Shown piece by piece: positions 1-9,130 of a stretch of 64,000 nt of DNA. Origin of the DNA: a virus; IMG/VR virus record IMGVR_UViG_3300045988_129927. One strand, given 5' to 3'. The stretch's first letter is position 1. The number at the start of each line of letters is the position of its first letter. The position numbers and the translations under genes were made by a program. Below the pieces are notes generated by a model, which saw only the letters and a list, made by a program, of their open reading frames with translations, ran no database searches and was not told where the DNA came from.

Positions 1-1007
1 GAGAAGGTGGTGCATTTGTTAGTTTCCGTGTAGATGACACAGGTGCTGTTTCTGAAACATTCTCTAACAACTACAAAACATCTTCATTAATGGAAAAGAT
101 TAACAGTATGGCTTCTACTGGTCGTTCCACTTACTTTGACTTAGCAGGTGGTAATATTGGTGATGATGCTCTTACCAATACAGTTGAAGCAGTAGTAGGT
201 GGTATTAAATCTATTGCAACAGGTATTGTTTCTACAATTGGTTTAGGTGGTTTATTGGTTGCAGGCGGTGGTGGTACAGTCTCTATGCCTAAGTATTGGG
301 AATCTTCAGAAGCTCAATTACCAAAACCAAGTTACTCATTTACATTAAAAGCAAGATACGCTAATCGTCGTTCCGCATTTAATGATGTGTACTTTCCATT
401 AGCTTGTATCTTAGCAGCTGCCCTACCAACATCAGTAGGTAAGCACTCTCACTCTAATCCGTTGTATTGCGAATTCTACGATAAAGGTAGAATGCAATCT
501 CGTTTAGCGGCTATTGATTCTATTACTATTACACGTGGTGATGGTACAATGGGCTTTACGCCAGAAGGTAACCTAATGTCAGTAAATGTTAGTTTCTCTA
601 TTACACCAATGGAAGAAATCATTGCTATGCCTATTACAGAGGGTGTCTCGATGAGTGAAACCATTGAGAAAATGGTAGCAGGGTCTTTAATCGGTGGTAT
701 AGGCGGCGCAATAGCGGGTGCATTTTTTGGTGCGGCAACTAATCTTGTAGGTGGTATATTTGACGACGACACACCATTCATGGACTATATGGCTACATTA
801 GCTGGTATGGGTGTTAACGAACAATATTATCAAAGTACTCGTTTAAAACGTAGATTAGCATTTAATCAAACACAGTATGTTTCTAGTTATAGTAGTGCAA
901 GAACAGCAAGTATCATGGGTAATAGTTTACCTGGACAAATGTTAGGCGCACTATTCTTGAAAGACGGTTTAAATGCCTTACTTTGGGATGAGAGAGCAGA
1001 ACGTTAA
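1..1007 (+). CDS. Hypothetical protein with two glycine-zipper segments (5' end outside the window)
   Basis: The frame of ORF 90..1007 stays open back to nt 3 (EGGAFVSFRVDDTG...), so the gene is truncated by the window edge. It has two Gly/Ala/Ile-rich stretches (AVVGGIKSIATGIVSTIGLGGLLVAGGGG and VAGSLIGGIGGAIAGAFFGAATNLVGGIF). Hairpin 1017..1050 follows. Confidence 0.6.
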   Translation, partial: EGGAFVSFRVDDTGAVSETFSNNYKTSSLMEKINSMASTGRSTYFDLAGGNIGDDALTNTVEAVVGGIKSIATGIVSTIGLGGLLVAGGGGTVSMPKYWESSEAQLPKPSYSFTLKARYANRRSAFNDVYFPLACILAAALPTSVGKHSHSNPLYCEFYDKGRMQSRLAAIDSITITRGDGTMGFTPEGNLMSVNVSFSITPMEEIIAMPITEGVSMSETIEKMVAGSLIGGIGGAIAGAFFGAATNLVGGIFDDDTPFMDYMATLAGMGVNEQYYQSTRLKRRLAFNQTQYVSSYSSARTASIMGNSLPGQMLGALFLKDGLNALLWDERAER

Positions 1008-1016
1008 TATGTATAT

Positions 1017-1050
1017 ACATTACAGTATAGCTTTCGCTATACTGTAATGT
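1017..1050. terminator. Bidirectional hairpin between convergent genes
   Basis: ACATTACAGTATAGC tttc GCTATACTGTAATGT: a 15-bp perfect stem with a 4-nt loop. Confidence 0.7.
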
Positions 1051-1055
1051 ACTCT

Positions 1056-2279
1056 TTATGCGTTATTAATTTTAAATGCGTCTGGTGAGATAATAGAAAC
1101 AGTTTGTTGTCGCTCATTAACGATAAAGTCAGGGAAGTCTTTATTAAGTTCAGTTTTAAAACCACCAATTTCGGTAAACACATTACCTAATAACAATAAT
1201 ACTTCATTTTCTTTATCAGTATAAGCTAGAGATTTTGTAGCATGACTATCCATAAAGAATCTATCTGCTAAACTTACTTTAGCTATTCTCTTAAAGTCTT
1301 CAGAAGCACCCATGAATAAGTTAACATTAAATAGCTTTCTATTACCTTCTCTATCTATCCAAAGATAGTTACCATTATCAAATGCCTCAATGACACTTAA
1401 TACATCATTAAAGACATCTTGCTCTTTTCTACCTGTATTAAAGACAGAATTCATACTGAAGTTTTTCAACATATTCTCAATGGAATCACCTGTGATTTCT
1501 TTTAACTTTTGTGGATTAATCGATTTAATGGCTATCTTAGCAGTATCGTAATCACCATATTCCAATAAGTCATCCATTACTGTAGTAGCGACATCCATAG
1601 CCACATTATATTCGTAACCATCTTTATCACGATGCCCTACTAAAGAATACCAGTTGTCTCGAATAGCAATACCTGCACTACTGAATTCTTTAACAATGGC
1701 AGCAGCAGAAGCTTTAAATGCTTGAATGTCTTTTATCAAACCAATGTCTTGACCAGTAATGGCTTTACCTAAATTATTCAAACCAGATAATACATCTAAT
1801 TTACCAGAACGAACATCTTTAACTGTAGTAACGACATCATTACCAATCTTAGCAGCAGCTTGTACCTTATCAAACATAGCAGGGTCTAAGCCAGCTGATT
1901 GTAATGCTGCTTTAGCTCCTGGTGCTAATGAACCTACTCTATCCATTAGGTTACCATTTTGAAGACCAGTACTAATATCTTTTGCCATCTTAAGGTAATC
2001 ATTGATTTTATTTAAACCATTTAAACCACCTTTAATAGCATCGGTAATAGAAGTCAAAGACATAGTGTTAGTAAACTGATACAAACTATTAACAGTATTA
2101 CCTAGATTCTGATAAGCATCAATAGTAGCCAACTTAGTATCTAGACTACTATTAAATACCGTCTTTGCGTCATCTTTCTTTTTAGTAGATACTTTATTAC
2201 CTACACCATTTTTTGTCTTTTTAGACTTATTTCCTTTTTTACCTTTTGGTGGCGCAGGTGTTCTTTTTACTTTAGCCAT
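1056..2279 (-). CDS. Hypothetical protein with a lysine-rich basic N-terminal tail
   Basis: 407-aa ORF with RBS AAAAGGAAATAAC before the ATG. The N-terminus MAKVKRTPAPPKGKKGNKSKKTKNGVGNKVSTKKKDD is strongly basic. Hairpins lie on both sides. Confidence 0.7.
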   Translation of the reverse strand: MAKVKRTPAPPKGKKGNKSKKTKNGVGNKVSTKKKDDAKTVFNSSLDTKLATIDAYQNLGNTVNSLYQFTNTMSLTSITDAIKGGLNGLNKINDYLKMAKDISTGLQNGNLMDRVGSLAPGAKAALQSAGLDPAMFDKVQAAAKIGNDVVTTVKDVRSGKLDVLSGLNNLGKAITGQDIGLIKDIQAFKASAAAIVKEFSSAGIAIRDNWYSLVGHRDKDGYEYNVAMDVATTVMDDLLEYGDYDTAKIAIKSINPQKLKEITGDSIENMLKNFSMNSVFNTGRKEQDVFNDVLSVIEAFDNGNYLWIDREGNRKLFNVNLFMGASEDFKRIAKVSLADRFFMDSHATKSLAYTDKENEVLLLLGNVFTEIGGFKTELNKDFPDFIVNERQQTVSIISPDAFKINNA

Positions 2280-2325
2280 GTTATTTCCTTTTCTAAAACT
2301 AAAAAATAATTCATAGATTTTATAT

Positions 2326-2358
2326 ACTACGCTACCCCTTTTATAGAGGTAGCGTAGT
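2326..2358 (-). terminator. Hairpin after gene 2375..2869
   Basis: ACTACGCTACC (11-nt loop region) GGTAGCGTAGT: an 11-bp perfect stem. Confidence 0.6.
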
Positions 2359-2374
2359 GCAGTTAGTTAATTGG

Positions 2375-2869
2375 TTATTTACCACGTAATTCGTCAATTA
2401 CTTTTCCAAGTATTCGGGTATATTGAATATAATTTACCTTAGCATATCCATCATTACCGACATGATAACAACAGTAAGGTAATTTATTCTCTACAGCCAT
2501 ACTGAATAAATCAGGTTTACTCAATAGAGAATATGTAATAAACTCTTTAATGACATAATCTGGTACTTCTGTGGTTTTAACCGTATTTTTACCAGATTCA
2601 ATTTGTTCTTTTACATATTCATCTAACTTCACACCTGTCATTAAACGTACATCGAAATCGTCTTTTTCCAATTTATACCATTCAATTGCAGATTGAATAC
2701 TGGCAAATGAACCATAAACTGGATGGTAAAACGTCCGAGTATAACTTGGAATCAGTTGTTTACCAAGTAAAGTAATGGCATGTTTATCAATACGGATATG
2801 GTCAATACCATCTTTCTTATCCATATCTCGATATGCTTTAAACTCGAGAGTGTTTGTTGCGTTTGTCAT
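2375..2869 (-). CDS. Hypothetical protein
   Basis: 164-aa ORF with RBS AAAAAGGAA upstream. Hairpin 2326..2358 lies just downstream. Confidence 0.7.
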   Translation of the reverse strand: MTNATNTLEFKAYRDMDKKDGIDHIRIDKHAITLLGKQLIPSYTRTFYHPVYGSFASIQSAIEWYKLEKDDFDVRLMTGVKLDEYVKEQIESGKNTVKTTEVPDYVIKEFITYSLLSKPDLFSMAVENKLPYCCYHVGNDGYAKVNYIQYTRILGKVIDELRGK

Positions 2870-2899
2870 TTAAGTTAATTCCTTTTTAAATAGTTTATC

Positions 2900-3472
2900 T
2901 TATTTAGAACGCTTCTTACGAGTAGCATTCTTTTTGATTTTCTTTACTACTAAAGAATCAGGGCAATCTGCCGGATTATCATGTCCACCAGATTCACGAT
3001 TGTATTCTTCAGTATATTCTGGGTGCTCGAATTGGGTTTTACCAATCCCACCGATATGTTGCATATAGGTTTTAACAGTACCGGATTTACGCGCAGCAGT
3101 AATAGAAATATCTACCCAGTCAAAATCCAATACTAATAGTAATTCACCCAATACCTTAAATGAAATACCATCTCGAGAGAACTCTGTCAGTAAACGAGAT
3201 TTTTCAGATTTCAATTCAGCATCTGAAATACTACTACCATAGTATCGTTTAACAAATTCCTCAATGAGTTCTTCCATTTGGGGATAGGTAATACGCTCGT
3301 CTTGCCATTGCATAAAGCCTTCTTTACCTTTGCCAATGTACATATCACGGATAATCTTCCGTAATAACATGGCACAGATACCTGGCCAGTCGTTAGTGAC
3401 TTCACCTAAACCACCGTCCTTAGAATCGGTGATTTTACGAAAACCACGAAGCATAGTGTCTTCATTATTCAT
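2900..3472 (-). CDS. Hypothetical protein
   Basis: Start moved to the ATG at 3472 (MNNEDTM...), which is preceded by AAAGGAAACAAC. The longer track ORF (to 3544) would overlap the upstream gene and has no RBS. Confidence 0.65.
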   Translation of the reverse strand: MNNEDTMLRGFRKITDSKDGGLGEVTNDWPGICAMLLRKIIRDMYIGKGKEGFMQWQDERITYPQMEELIEEFVKRYYGSSISDAELKSEKSRLLTEFSRDGISFKVLGELLLVLDFDWVDISITAARKSGTVKTYMQHIGGIGKTQFEHPEYTEEYNRESGGHDNPADCPDSLVVKKIKKNATRKKRSK

Positions 3473-3494
3473 GTTGTTTCCTTTATATAAATAA

Positions 3495-4073
3495 TTATTT
3501 CTCGACCTTATTAAATTCGTATAATACCTTAGAGCTAACCGCAATAACAGACATCAATACAAATATAATAGGTTTCAATTTAAAATAGATTAAAGGACTG
3601 TCTTTCTTATCCTTTAATGTTTTTAATAAATTAATCATTTTATCGAAGAAATCGACAATAGTGATTAAGTTAGGAGAATACCTTAAATAGTTGGTATTTA
3701 GCTTTTCTACTTCTAAAGGTTTTAATTTAAAAGTAGGATTATTCAGTTGAGAAGTCAAATAACCAATCGTACTGTTTACTTTTATTAAAGTATCTGCTTT
3801 GTTTAGATACTTAATTCCAACAGGTATTTGGTTAATATCTGTACTGATACTATCTGGTAAGATACGTTTGTTATAAGGTAATAACTCTTTATGGTAATGT
3901 TCACAAACTTCTATTAGGTTTGTATACATACTGTTAAAGTCACCATTCATCTCTATGTAAAGAGCATTAAGGATAAAACCTTCGTATTGTTTACTCGCCT
4001 CTACTAAAGAAATTAATTTTCGATTAGCCTTATAACGTTTCCAGATATAAAAGATATCTTTAATTATAGACAT
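3495..4073 (-). CDS. Hypothetical protein with a C-terminal hydrophobic segment
   Basis: Start moved to the ATG at 4073 (MSIIKDIF...), which is preceded by TAAAGGAATCCGTAGT. A C-terminal hydrophobic stretch (KPIIFVLMSVIAVSSKVL) is present. Confidence 0.6.
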   Translation of the reverse strand: MSIIKDIFYIWKRYKANRKLISLVEASKQYEGFILNALYIEMNGDFNSMYTNLIEVCEHYHKELLPYNKRILPDSISTDINQIPVGIKYLNKADTLIKVNSTIGYLTSQLNNPTFKLKPLEVEKLNTNYLRYSPNLITIVDFFDKMINLLKTLKDKKDSPLIYFKLKPIIFVLMSVIAVSSKVLYEFNKVEK

Positions 4074-4179
4074 ACTACGGATTCCTTTATATAATTTTAT
4101 GAATAACTGATTTTCTATTTTTAGAAATTCATAAGTAAAATAACTGGTGGAGAAGTACACCAATTCCAATATAATAGTA

Positions 4180-4201
4180 TATGTTTAAAATATGTTTAAA
4201 A
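4180..4201 (+). promoter_or_regulatory. Perfect tandem duplication TATGTTTAAAA x2 upstream of gene 4225..4761
   Basis: Copies at 4180..4190 and 4191..4201 end 24 nt before the ATG. Confidence 0.3.
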
Positions 4202-4224
4202 CAAATTTAAAAAAGGATAAAACA

Positions 4225-4761
4225 ATGATTGAAGAAATGATTGAAGATTCACCACCGAAACCAAAATCAATTACACCGATTAATATTGGTAGTTTTGAAA
4301 AAGTAGGTAACACCAGTAAATACGATGAACTGGGTGTGATGGATGAAAACATTAAATTACGCCAACACCTCACTCGAACCATTTTTGCAAAAGGTGAAGA
4401 AGTTACTAATGATTTAGAACTATTAGACATGGCTTTAAAGATGATGGCTGCAAATGATAAAGCAGTGATTGCACAAGCCAGACTGAAAGTAGATGAAGAA
4501 TCAAATGCTGTACAACAAGACTTGGTATACGCACTTGTATCTGAAGCAATGAGTCGAAATGAAGAACAGAGAAAAGAGATTAAAGATATTATCCCTAATT
4601 CTGTTGAGACTATGGTAGAAAGAGTAATTGACTTACCTCCTGCATCTCGTGAAATTACAGACAGTGAATTAGTACGCGGTACTGTTATCCTTACAGAAAA
4701 AGAAGTATTAGGTAAATTGAATACATTGCCTGAAGGTGACAATGATAGTATGGATGAATAA
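4225..4761 (+). CDS. Hypothetical acidic protein (single plus-strand gene inside a minus-strand block)
   Basis: The ATG at 4225 is preceded by AAAAAGGATAAAACA. The composition is protein-like (MIEEMIEDSPPKPKS...). Hairpin 4766..4795 terminates it. The fully overlapping antisense ORF 4185..4742 is rejected. Confidence 0.6.
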   Translation: MIEEMIEDSPPKPKSITPINIGSFEKVGNTSKYDELGVMDENIKLRQHLTRTIFAKGEEVTNDLELLDMALKMMAANDKAVIAQARLKVDEESNAVQQDLVYALVSEAMSRNEEQRKEIKDIIPNSVETMVERVIDLPPASREITDSELVRGTVILTEKEVLGKLNTLPEGDNDSMDE

Positions 4762-4765
4762 CTAG

Positions 4766-4795
4766 ATAGAGAGACACTTAATTGTGTCTCTCTAT
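4766..4795. terminator. Bidirectional hairpin between convergent genes
   Basis: ATAGAGAGACAC ttaatt GTGTCTCTCTAT: a 12-bp perfect stem. Confidence 0.7.
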
Positions 4796-4808
4796 TTAAG
4801 CTATATGT

Positions 4809-5522
4809 TTAAATTCTGGTATTTGCTACTTTAGAATATTCGGTGACACGAATCTTTTCAGCACCATTATCTGGTTTACCAGTAGAAACGAATACACCAT
4901 TTCCAGCACCATTTGGATGAGGGTGAGCATGAGATGATAGTACATCGTTAGGTTTCACCTCATCAGCACTGTGTCTAATTGAAGGAATAGCTTTTACAAC
5001 AGCATTACCAATTTCTACAATACCATTACCTCTAATAGATTTAACATCTTCATCAGAAAGAGTAACTGTATGTTCGGAAGAATGCTCAATGTTAGGAGCA
5101 CTAACTAAAATAGGCGCATTCTCTACATCGTCTTCTGTAACAGGTTCTTCGACTACAGTAGCTTTACTACGATAAGTGTCTAGTTCATTTCGTAGTTCTT
5201 CATTCTCTTTTTTCAATACTTCAACCAATTGACGAAGTTCTACCAATTCTTTATTAGTAGATTCACTTAGCTGTTTATAAGCTTGACTAGACTTAACCAA
5301 CAAATAGTCTTTAGTAGCATGAGATTCTGCATACTTTAACATAGTAGTTTCAATAAGAGAATAGATGTTCAAACCAGTAATGAAGTTCTCACGCAGTTGA
5401 GCCAACATATGTTGTGTCGCTGCACTTACATGTACTTCGTATGTGCTATCATCACAATCATGGATAGCTGTATTAGCGATAGCTGTATCTACAGTTTGGT
5501 TACTAGTATTTTGATTACTCAT
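4809..5522 (-). CDS. Hypothetical coiled-coil protein, co-transcribed with the Rad50-like gene
   Basis: Start moved to the ATG at 5522 (MSNQNTSNQ...), preceded by AAAAGGAAATCAAA and 13 nt after the stop of the upstream gene. A coiled-coil stretch LVELRQLVEVLKKENEELRNELDTYR is present. Confidence 0.65.
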   Translation of the reverse strand: MSNQNTSNQTVDTAIANTAIHDCDDSTYEVHVSAATQHMLAQLRENFITGLNIYSLIETTMLKYAESHATKDYLLVKSSQAYKQLSESTNKELVELRQLVEVLKKENEELRNELDTYRSKATVVEEPVTEDDVENAPILVSAPNIEHSSEHTVTLSDEDVKSIRGNGIVEIGNAVVKAIPSIRHSADEVKPNDVLSSHAHPHPNGAGNGVFVSTGKPDNGAEKIRVTEYSKVANTRI

Positions 5523-5535
5523 TTTGATTTCCTTT

Positions 5536-8064
5536 TTAACGAATAATTTCAACACCTCTGTTGAGGTTGTTAGGTGGTAAAACGATATTGTCTTCTGATA
5601 ACACACAGAAAGACACGTCATTTAAAACGGAATACTCCATAAAATTGTGAGACACAATAAATATTTGGTCTTCAATAAATTCTTCAGATAATTTCTCAAT
5701 TAGCTTTAAAGCATTCTCTCTGTGTTTAGCATCAAATGTTCTACCAAACTCATCTAAGAATATAGGATAACCTGATAAACCTAATGCTTTCATGGCAATC
5801 ATTTTAAATGCTAAATCAATAATCTCTAAAATACCATCACTACCTAAAGAAATATCTGCTTTTGGTTTTTCACTCAAACCCACAGTCATTGGGAAACGAT
5901 AAGATAACTCATCATTACTTTCACCATCTGTCATTTTAGCAGGATGAATAATAAGAGGATAAGACCAAATAGATTGGATAAATCCATTCATTCTGGCTAA
6001 GAATATCTTAATATAACCCAATAGACCCTCTGCAATTAAACCATCTTGAGGATTCAATGTATCAACAATAGCTGACCATGATTCAATCTCTTGTTTAATA
6101 TCTTCGATTTGTTTATTCACCATCTCGATATTCTTTTCACGAGTAATGATTTCAATTTGCTTTTTGGTCAATATAGCTACTTGATTTCTTTCTTCTGCAA
6201 TTAAACCAGACACCAAAGTATAAATATCGTATTCAGCTAACTTCATTTGGATATCATCAATATCATCCAATGTCGTTTGAAGAGAATCTTTAGCTTCTTC
6301 AAATTCATTATAGTAACGAAGAATATCTTCAATAGATTCCAAATGGATAATAATACTTTGTTTCTTTCTTCTCACTTCTTCTAACTGAGTTGACATCTTA
6401 TTTAATTGCTCGGTTAAAAGACGATGTTCTTTTTCATCTACTTGATTTGCATTGTCAATAATTTGCTGATAAGAGAGAATCTCTCGATTCAGTTTATCGA
6501 TATCGGATAGCAAAACCACATAGTCTTTATAATTATTATAAAGTTCAGTTGCTTCGTATACTTTACCTAGATAAAGTTTATTACGAATAACATCAATACA
6601 CCATTGGTTTAACACATTAGATTGATTTCGACAATATTGGCTAAAGTCTTTTAAGATAGTATACTTCGTATTCTTATCGATGTATTGTTCTTCTAAATCC
6701 TTAATAAGTAGAGTAATCTTATCAAGGTCTCCTTGAACTTCTTCTCGTTTTTTCAAATACAAATCATACTTCTCTTTATCAAACCCAGGATGAAATTCAT
6801 GTGAACAATTAGGACAAAGGATTTTAATCTCTTTCTCTTTTTGTTCTAAATGTTTAATTCTCTCATCAATTCGATTATACAAAACAGTAAGATTAGATTG
6901 TTCTTTCTTAGTTGAATCTATTTTATCAACTAATTGTCCAATAGAATCACGAGTAATATCTTCATCACCAAATAAACTTAAACGATGGAGTAATTCTAAA
7001 ACATCTGGGTTACCTTGTACCAATACTTCTTTTTGTAAGTGTAAATCAGTAATGGGATATTCACATGGAATTGAATTAGCTTGTTTTTCTAATTCGTTTT
7101 TCTTCTTTGTTAATTCTTCAATCTTAATACGAGTAGATTCTAATTCAGAATGAGAAGTAATCTTTACCTGATTAATCTTATTTTCCATTTGACTGTATTC
7201 TTTAATCAAATGGCTATACAGTAGTTCAGTCGCTTCTAATTCTTTTTCTAAAGAAAGTTTACGCTGAATGATTTCTTCTTTATATTCTGGCGTTAATTCC
7301 TTATTAGAGATATCAGTAATAGACTTTACTAATCTGTCATTCAATGGTTCTACTTTATTGACTAAAGAAGTTAGATTATTCTCTAAGTCAATATTATAGT
7401 TAGGATTAGCAAAAGCGTCTTTGTAACCAATAATCTTATTGAGTTCTTCAATTTTAAGATTGTGTTCGTTAATAGAAGCATTAATATTTGCTAATTCATT
7501 TTCTTCCACATTAGTAGAAGTCAATTGCATTTGGTGTTGCGTCATTTTCTTTAAAGCACCAGTAGCATCACGTAGTTTATCTTTTGCTTTATTGAATGTA
7601 TTAATCGCAAATGTGTAATCAGAATCACACAGCATAGTAAACCATTCTTTTCTCTTTACAGGGGACATCTGTGTAAACTTCTCTTTACCTGTTAAGAGTA
7701 AATGGATTTTATCAGTATAATTAAAATAATCTTTAATCAGTTGTTTCTGCATAGTTGCAGTACCACCGATATTCAATTCTTCATTTAATCCTTCGTCTAC
7801 GAAAGAATGTTTGTTAATGCTAAAATCAGAAGTCAAACAATAAATACGGTTATTGTGTTCTACCCTAATCTTCTTATATCCGTCTTTACTAAAGTCACTC
7901 TTATCAGCCAACATAGGGCTTAGGTAATGTAATAGACTAGACTTACCACTACCATTACTACCAATCACTGCCATGATGCTGGTTTCTGGTGTAATGGTAA
8001 TCTTTTTAATACCACTTAATTCTAAACGAATAGCACCTTTTAATTCTAATGATAATATTTTCAC
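5536..8064 (-). CDS. Rad50/SbcC-like SMC-family ATPase (T4 gp46-like)
   Basis: N-terminal Walker A is VIGSNGSGKSSLL. About 600 aa of heptad-rich coiled coil carry a central CxxC hook (ILCPNCSHEF, nt 6805..6816). The C-terminus has a signature-like SLGSDG, Walker B PIFLDEFG and an H-loop VSHN. The start codon is GTG with AAAGGA 8 nt upstream. Confidence 0.8.
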   Translation of the reverse strand: MKILSLELKGAIRLELSGIKKITITPETSIMAVIGSNGSGKSSLLHYLSPMLADKSDFSKDGYKKIRVEHNNRIYCLTSDFSINKHSFVDEGLNEELNIGGTATMQKQLIKDYFNYTDKIHLLLTGKEKFTQMSPVKRKEWFTMLCDSDYTFAINTFNKAKDKLRDATGALKKMTQHQMQLTSTNVEENELANINASINEHNLKIEELNKIIGYKDAFANPNYNIDLENNLTSLVNKVEPLNDRLVKSITDISNKELTPEYKEEIIQRKLSLEKELEATELLYSHLIKEYSQMENKINQVKITSHSELESTRIKIEELTKKKNELEKQANSIPCEYPITDLHLQKEVLVQGNPDVLELLHRLSLFGDEDITRDSIGQLVDKIDSTKKEQSNLTVLYNRIDERIKHLEQKEKEIKILCPNCSHEFHPGFDKEKYDLYLKKREEVQGDLDKITLLIKDLEEQYIDKNTKYTILKDFSQYCRNQSNVLNQWCIDVIRNKLYLGKVYEATELYNNYKDYVVLLSDIDKLNREILSYQQIIDNANQVDEKEHRLLTEQLNKMSTQLEEVRRKKQSIIIHLESIEDILRYYNEFEEAKDSLQTTLDDIDDIQMKLAEYDIYTLVSGLIAEERNQVAILTKKQIEIITREKNIEMVNKQIEDIKQEIESWSAIVDTLNPQDGLIAEGLLGYIKIFLARMNGFIQSIWSYPLIIHPAKMTDGESNDELSYRFPMTVGLSEKPKADISLGSDGILEIIDLAFKMIAMKALGLSGYPIFLDEFGRTFDAKHRENALKLIEKLSEEFIEDQIFIVSHNFMEYSVLNDVSFCVLSEDNIVLPPNNLNRGVEIIR

Positions 8065-8139
8065 GGTTATTATCCTTTTAATAAGACATAATTGTTCAAA
8101 AATATGAAAGGTTACAATATATTAATAAAGGAAAGTATA

Positions 8140-9087
8140 ATGGATAATCTAAATAACCTTGTACCATACTCAAGGGGTATCGCAGCCATTAACTTAGAGA
8201 TAAATACAGACATATTGACTGTATGGCCTAAGAGTATCCTACCTATGGTAGATGGTGAACTACATGATGTTATAGAAGAATATACGACAGAATATACCGA
8301 TAGCTATGGTAACAAGATATCGACAGGTGTACGCACCAGTAACACCATTGTGGCTAAGTGGTTATGTCGTGACCCAAACATGATGGTACCACCTAATATT
8401 AGACGTGGTGCAGAAGTACAAATATATCGTGAAGCCAATACAGATTACTTCTATTGGGAAACGGTTTCTAATTCTAAAAACTATCAGAAGCTAGAAACCA
8501 GAATCATGGGTTACTCTAATACTCAAAATGAGAATGAGAAACCTACACCAGAGAATACATGGACTCAAGGTATTTCTACACACGAGAAGAAAGTCAATTT
8601 CGTACACACTACTAAATCAGATGGTGAGAAATGGGCTTATGATGTTAACGTAGATGTTAAACAAGGTTTAGTTAACATCATGGATGACATTGGGAATTTA
8701 ATTAAGATAGATTCTGGAAATGGTATCATTCGTTTACAAACAGCGCAAGGTGCTTATATTGAGATTAATAAACGCGATATTACCATTAGTTGTGATAATC
8801 TAACCTCTAATGTATCTCAAGTAACACAAGTCAATACAATGCAAATGCAGAATAATGCTACTGCTAATATTGCTACAGTGACACCAATTCAAACACATAC
8901 TGGTAACTTAACGGTAGCAGGTGGTATTAGCGCAGGGCCTGGGGGTGACGGCAGTGGCTTTGAAATGCGTGGTGACATTAAGCATATTGGTAATATGGTT
9001 ACGGAAGGTGACCACATTATTGATGGTAAATCCTATAATGGCCATAGACATAGTGAAACACAATCTATTACTTCTCCACCAATTTAA
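8140..9087 (+). CDS. Baseplate central spike/hub protein (P2 gpV / Mu gp45-like)
   Basis: Start at the ATG at 8140 after AAAGGAAAGTATA. An OB-fold-like segment (AKWL..PPNIRRGAEVQIY) is followed by beta-helix-like repeats (IKIDSGNGIIRLQTAQGAYIEINKRDITI). The C-terminal apex GDHIIDGKSYNGHRHSETQSITSPPI has the HxH motif typical of gpV-type spikes. Confidence 0.55.
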   Translation: MDNLNNLVPYSRGIAAINLEINTDILTVWPKSILPMVDGELHDVIEEYTTEYTDSYGNKISTGVRTSNTIVAKWLCRDPNMMVPPNIRRGAEVQIYREANTDYFYWETVSNSKNYQKLETRIMGYSNTQNENEKPTPENTWTQGISTHEKKVNFVHTTKSDGEKWAYDVNVDVKQGLVNIMDDIGNLIKIDSGNGIIRLQTAQGAYIEINKRDITISCDNLTSNVSQVTQVNTMQMQNNATANIATVTPIQTHTGNLTVAGGISAGPGGDGSGFEMRGDIKHIGNMVTEGDHIIDGKSYNGHRHSETQSITSPPI

Positions 9088-9095
9088 TAAATACT

Positions 9096-9130
9096 ATTAC
9101 ACTAGGTACCATTACAGTACCTAGTGTAAT
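9096..9130. terminator. Bidirectional hairpin between convergent genes
   Basis: ATTACACTAGGTAC cattaca GTACCTAGTGTAAT: a 14-bp perfect stem. Confidence 0.7.

Noticed and set aside
255-278. LVAGGGGTVS, which resembles a tubulin/FtsZ GGGTG(S/T)G signature. A PhuZ-like tubulin would be expected in a nucleus-forming phage.
   Set aside because: It lies inside a glycine-zipper hydrophobic stretch, and no other tubulin motifs surround it. No tubulin- or chimallin-like gene could be recognised in the window.
476-1962. Short antisense ORFs inside genes (476..781 and 1759..1962). Similar ones occur at 3211..3405, 8921..9124, 9763..10436, 12165..12784, 16284..16536, 16870..17244, 19905..20105, 22332..22517, 24354..25387, 26595..26792, 27924..29055, 32757..32960, 37833..38015, 38294..39805, 41154..41607, 42817..43011, 46073..47514, 49221..49514, 54992..55198, 60503..60757, 61205..62601, 62825..63131 and 63704..63904.
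   Set aside because: All are nested in longer ORFs that have an RBS and sensible composition. None has an RBS of its own, and their products are hydrophobic or low-complexity strings typical of off-frame translation of AT-rich DNA.
4185-4742. A 185-aa minus-strand ORF that would fit the orientation of the flanking minus-strand genes.
   Set aside because: It starts at a TTG with no RBS. Its product is ~20 percent Ser and of low complexity. The overlapping plus-strand ORF has a consensus RBS, normal composition and its own hairpin terminator.
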